Below, piece after piece: positions 62,791 through 64,000 of a stretch of DNA of 64,000 nt. The DNA lies in contig NW_027361757.1 in the NCBI RefSeq assembly GCF_039654945.1, forward strand, positions 2,728,001 to 2,792,000, read 5' to 3'. The position numbers and the translations under genes were made by a program. Each line of letters starts with the position of its first letter. Within the stretch, counting starts at the first letter, position 1. This stretch comes from Dendrobates tinctorius. Its lineage: Eukaryota. The notes beneath the pieces are model-generated. The model saw nothing but the letters and a program-made list of their open reading frames with translations. It had not been told where the DNA came from and searched no databases.

Positions 62791-63593
62791 TGTTGTGAGT
62801 TCATTTTCCCCTTCATCACTGAGGTCTGGTGAACTCCCTATTCTGGTAAAGGAAGGTAATAAGCCTGATTATCAGGCACCTGAGCCTAATGATGATGACT
62901 GGCTGAGTGGAGTTACGGACTGGATATAAGGCTGCCGACGCCCTTCTGCCCTGCGGGTGATTTCTCTGTGGACTTCTAGGAAACCAGTCTGATTCCTGCT
63001 CCTCTAAAGCTAAGTTTTCTGCTTTGCCTTTTAGCATTTGTGTTTTGTTTTTGTTTGCCTTGCTTTTCTGGATTCTGCCATTCCCTGCTGGGGTGAGCTG
63101 ATTCTCCTTTTGCCGGTTGCTCTGTCTTCAGAATATTCCTGAGTACTGACATAGTCTTTTTGAAGCCTAGCGTCTTCAGGGCTTTTTTCACTGTCAGTCT
63201 GTTGGCTCTTATTTTCATAGGGTTTTTCACGGATTGCAGACAGCAGCCTTCCTGTCGTTTCCTATCTAGTTAGCTTGGGCCCTGTCTTTGCTCAGTCTAT
63301 CTTTCTGTCTGTGTTGTGTTCTTTCTTCTTGCTTCACCGTCATTATATGTGGGGGGCTGCCTTTTGCTTTGGGGTCTGCTCTGGGGCAGTTTAGATTTCC
63401 CGTTCTGTCTTTAGGCTATTTAATTCTCCGGCTGTGATCGAGGGGTCTAGGGCATCGTAGGAACCCCCCACCGCTACTGCTAGTTGTGTTGATAGGTTCA
63501 GGGGTCTGCAATCCGATAGCTGCCAACCTCTCTGGTTTTCTGGACTTAGCTAGCATTTCTGTTTTTGCATCCTACGGTGACTCAATCATAACA
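62791..63593. mobile_element. Solo LTR related to 1060-1937, in the opposite orientation
   Basis: TGTTGTGAG...ATCATAACA termini; 6-bp TSD GCGCAC (62785-62790, 63594-63599). Confidence 0.8.
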
Positions 63594-64000
63594 GCGCACT
63601 ATGCGGTGGCCATAATACTGTATGGAGGAATATACTGTCCATTTTTGGAGCTATTGGAGAATTTAAAATCGATATCAGTAATGAGATGTAAAAAGTGAAG
63701 TATTGTTCATTGTACTATACCACTATTTCTCTGCCATATCGGAGCATCATGAGTTGTGGTATGTGTTAAAGGGGCGCTCTTTGGCCCAGGGCACACGAAA
63801 ACCTGGAGCCAGCCCTACCACCCCAACAACTTTAGCCAAATAACCCCAAGTTTTCAGTGTGTAAATAGTATTATGAAGTAAATTAAGGTTGACAAGCTTC
63901 AGTTATAAGAATTGATGTTTTTGGCATTCTAATGGGCACTGTTGGTGTGTTTACTGTCCTCCACTCCCTGCCGACTTTGCTTCCCCATTGACTTGCATTG

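Larger units (their letters stand above)
55661..64000 (+). mobile_element. Large formerly autonomous hAT transposon; right end probably just beyond the window
   Basis: Left TIR TAGAGTTGAGCG after GTTGGGAT; TATA box at ~55936; transposase remnant; the window ends in the subterminal motif CCCATTGACTTG. Confidence 0.8.

Overview
Eukaryotic, repeat-saturated genomic DNA, most likely from an anuran amphibian (inferred from the T2/Kolobok-type, Harbinger, hAT, Tc1, CR1 and Penelope-like repeat mix). Most of the window is transposon-derived, and I see no intact protein-coding gene. It contains: a disabled but near full-length hAT transposase element (55.7 kb to the window end) carrying a diverged 18S rRNA fragment; several Tc1 elements; two Helitrons; solo LTRs and one LTR with a tRNA-Ser primer-binding site; CR1/L2 3' ends; many palindromic MITEs; and a four-level nested insertion stack at 39-54.5 kb. 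A small non-repeat island at 17-18.6 kb holds candidate exons, possibly the 3' end of a minus-strand gene ending in CVIM. Three patterns stand out. (1) Two unrelated ~1 kb non-coding fold-back insertions have their symmetry axis on a hammerhead-ribozyme core, with 14-16 bp target duplications. (2) Palindromic MITEs of four superfamilies share outward-facing splice donors around a CpG-rich core dense in promoter motifs. (3) The hAT element appears to have captured 18S rDNA. All calls come from reading the sequence by eye; no searches were run.
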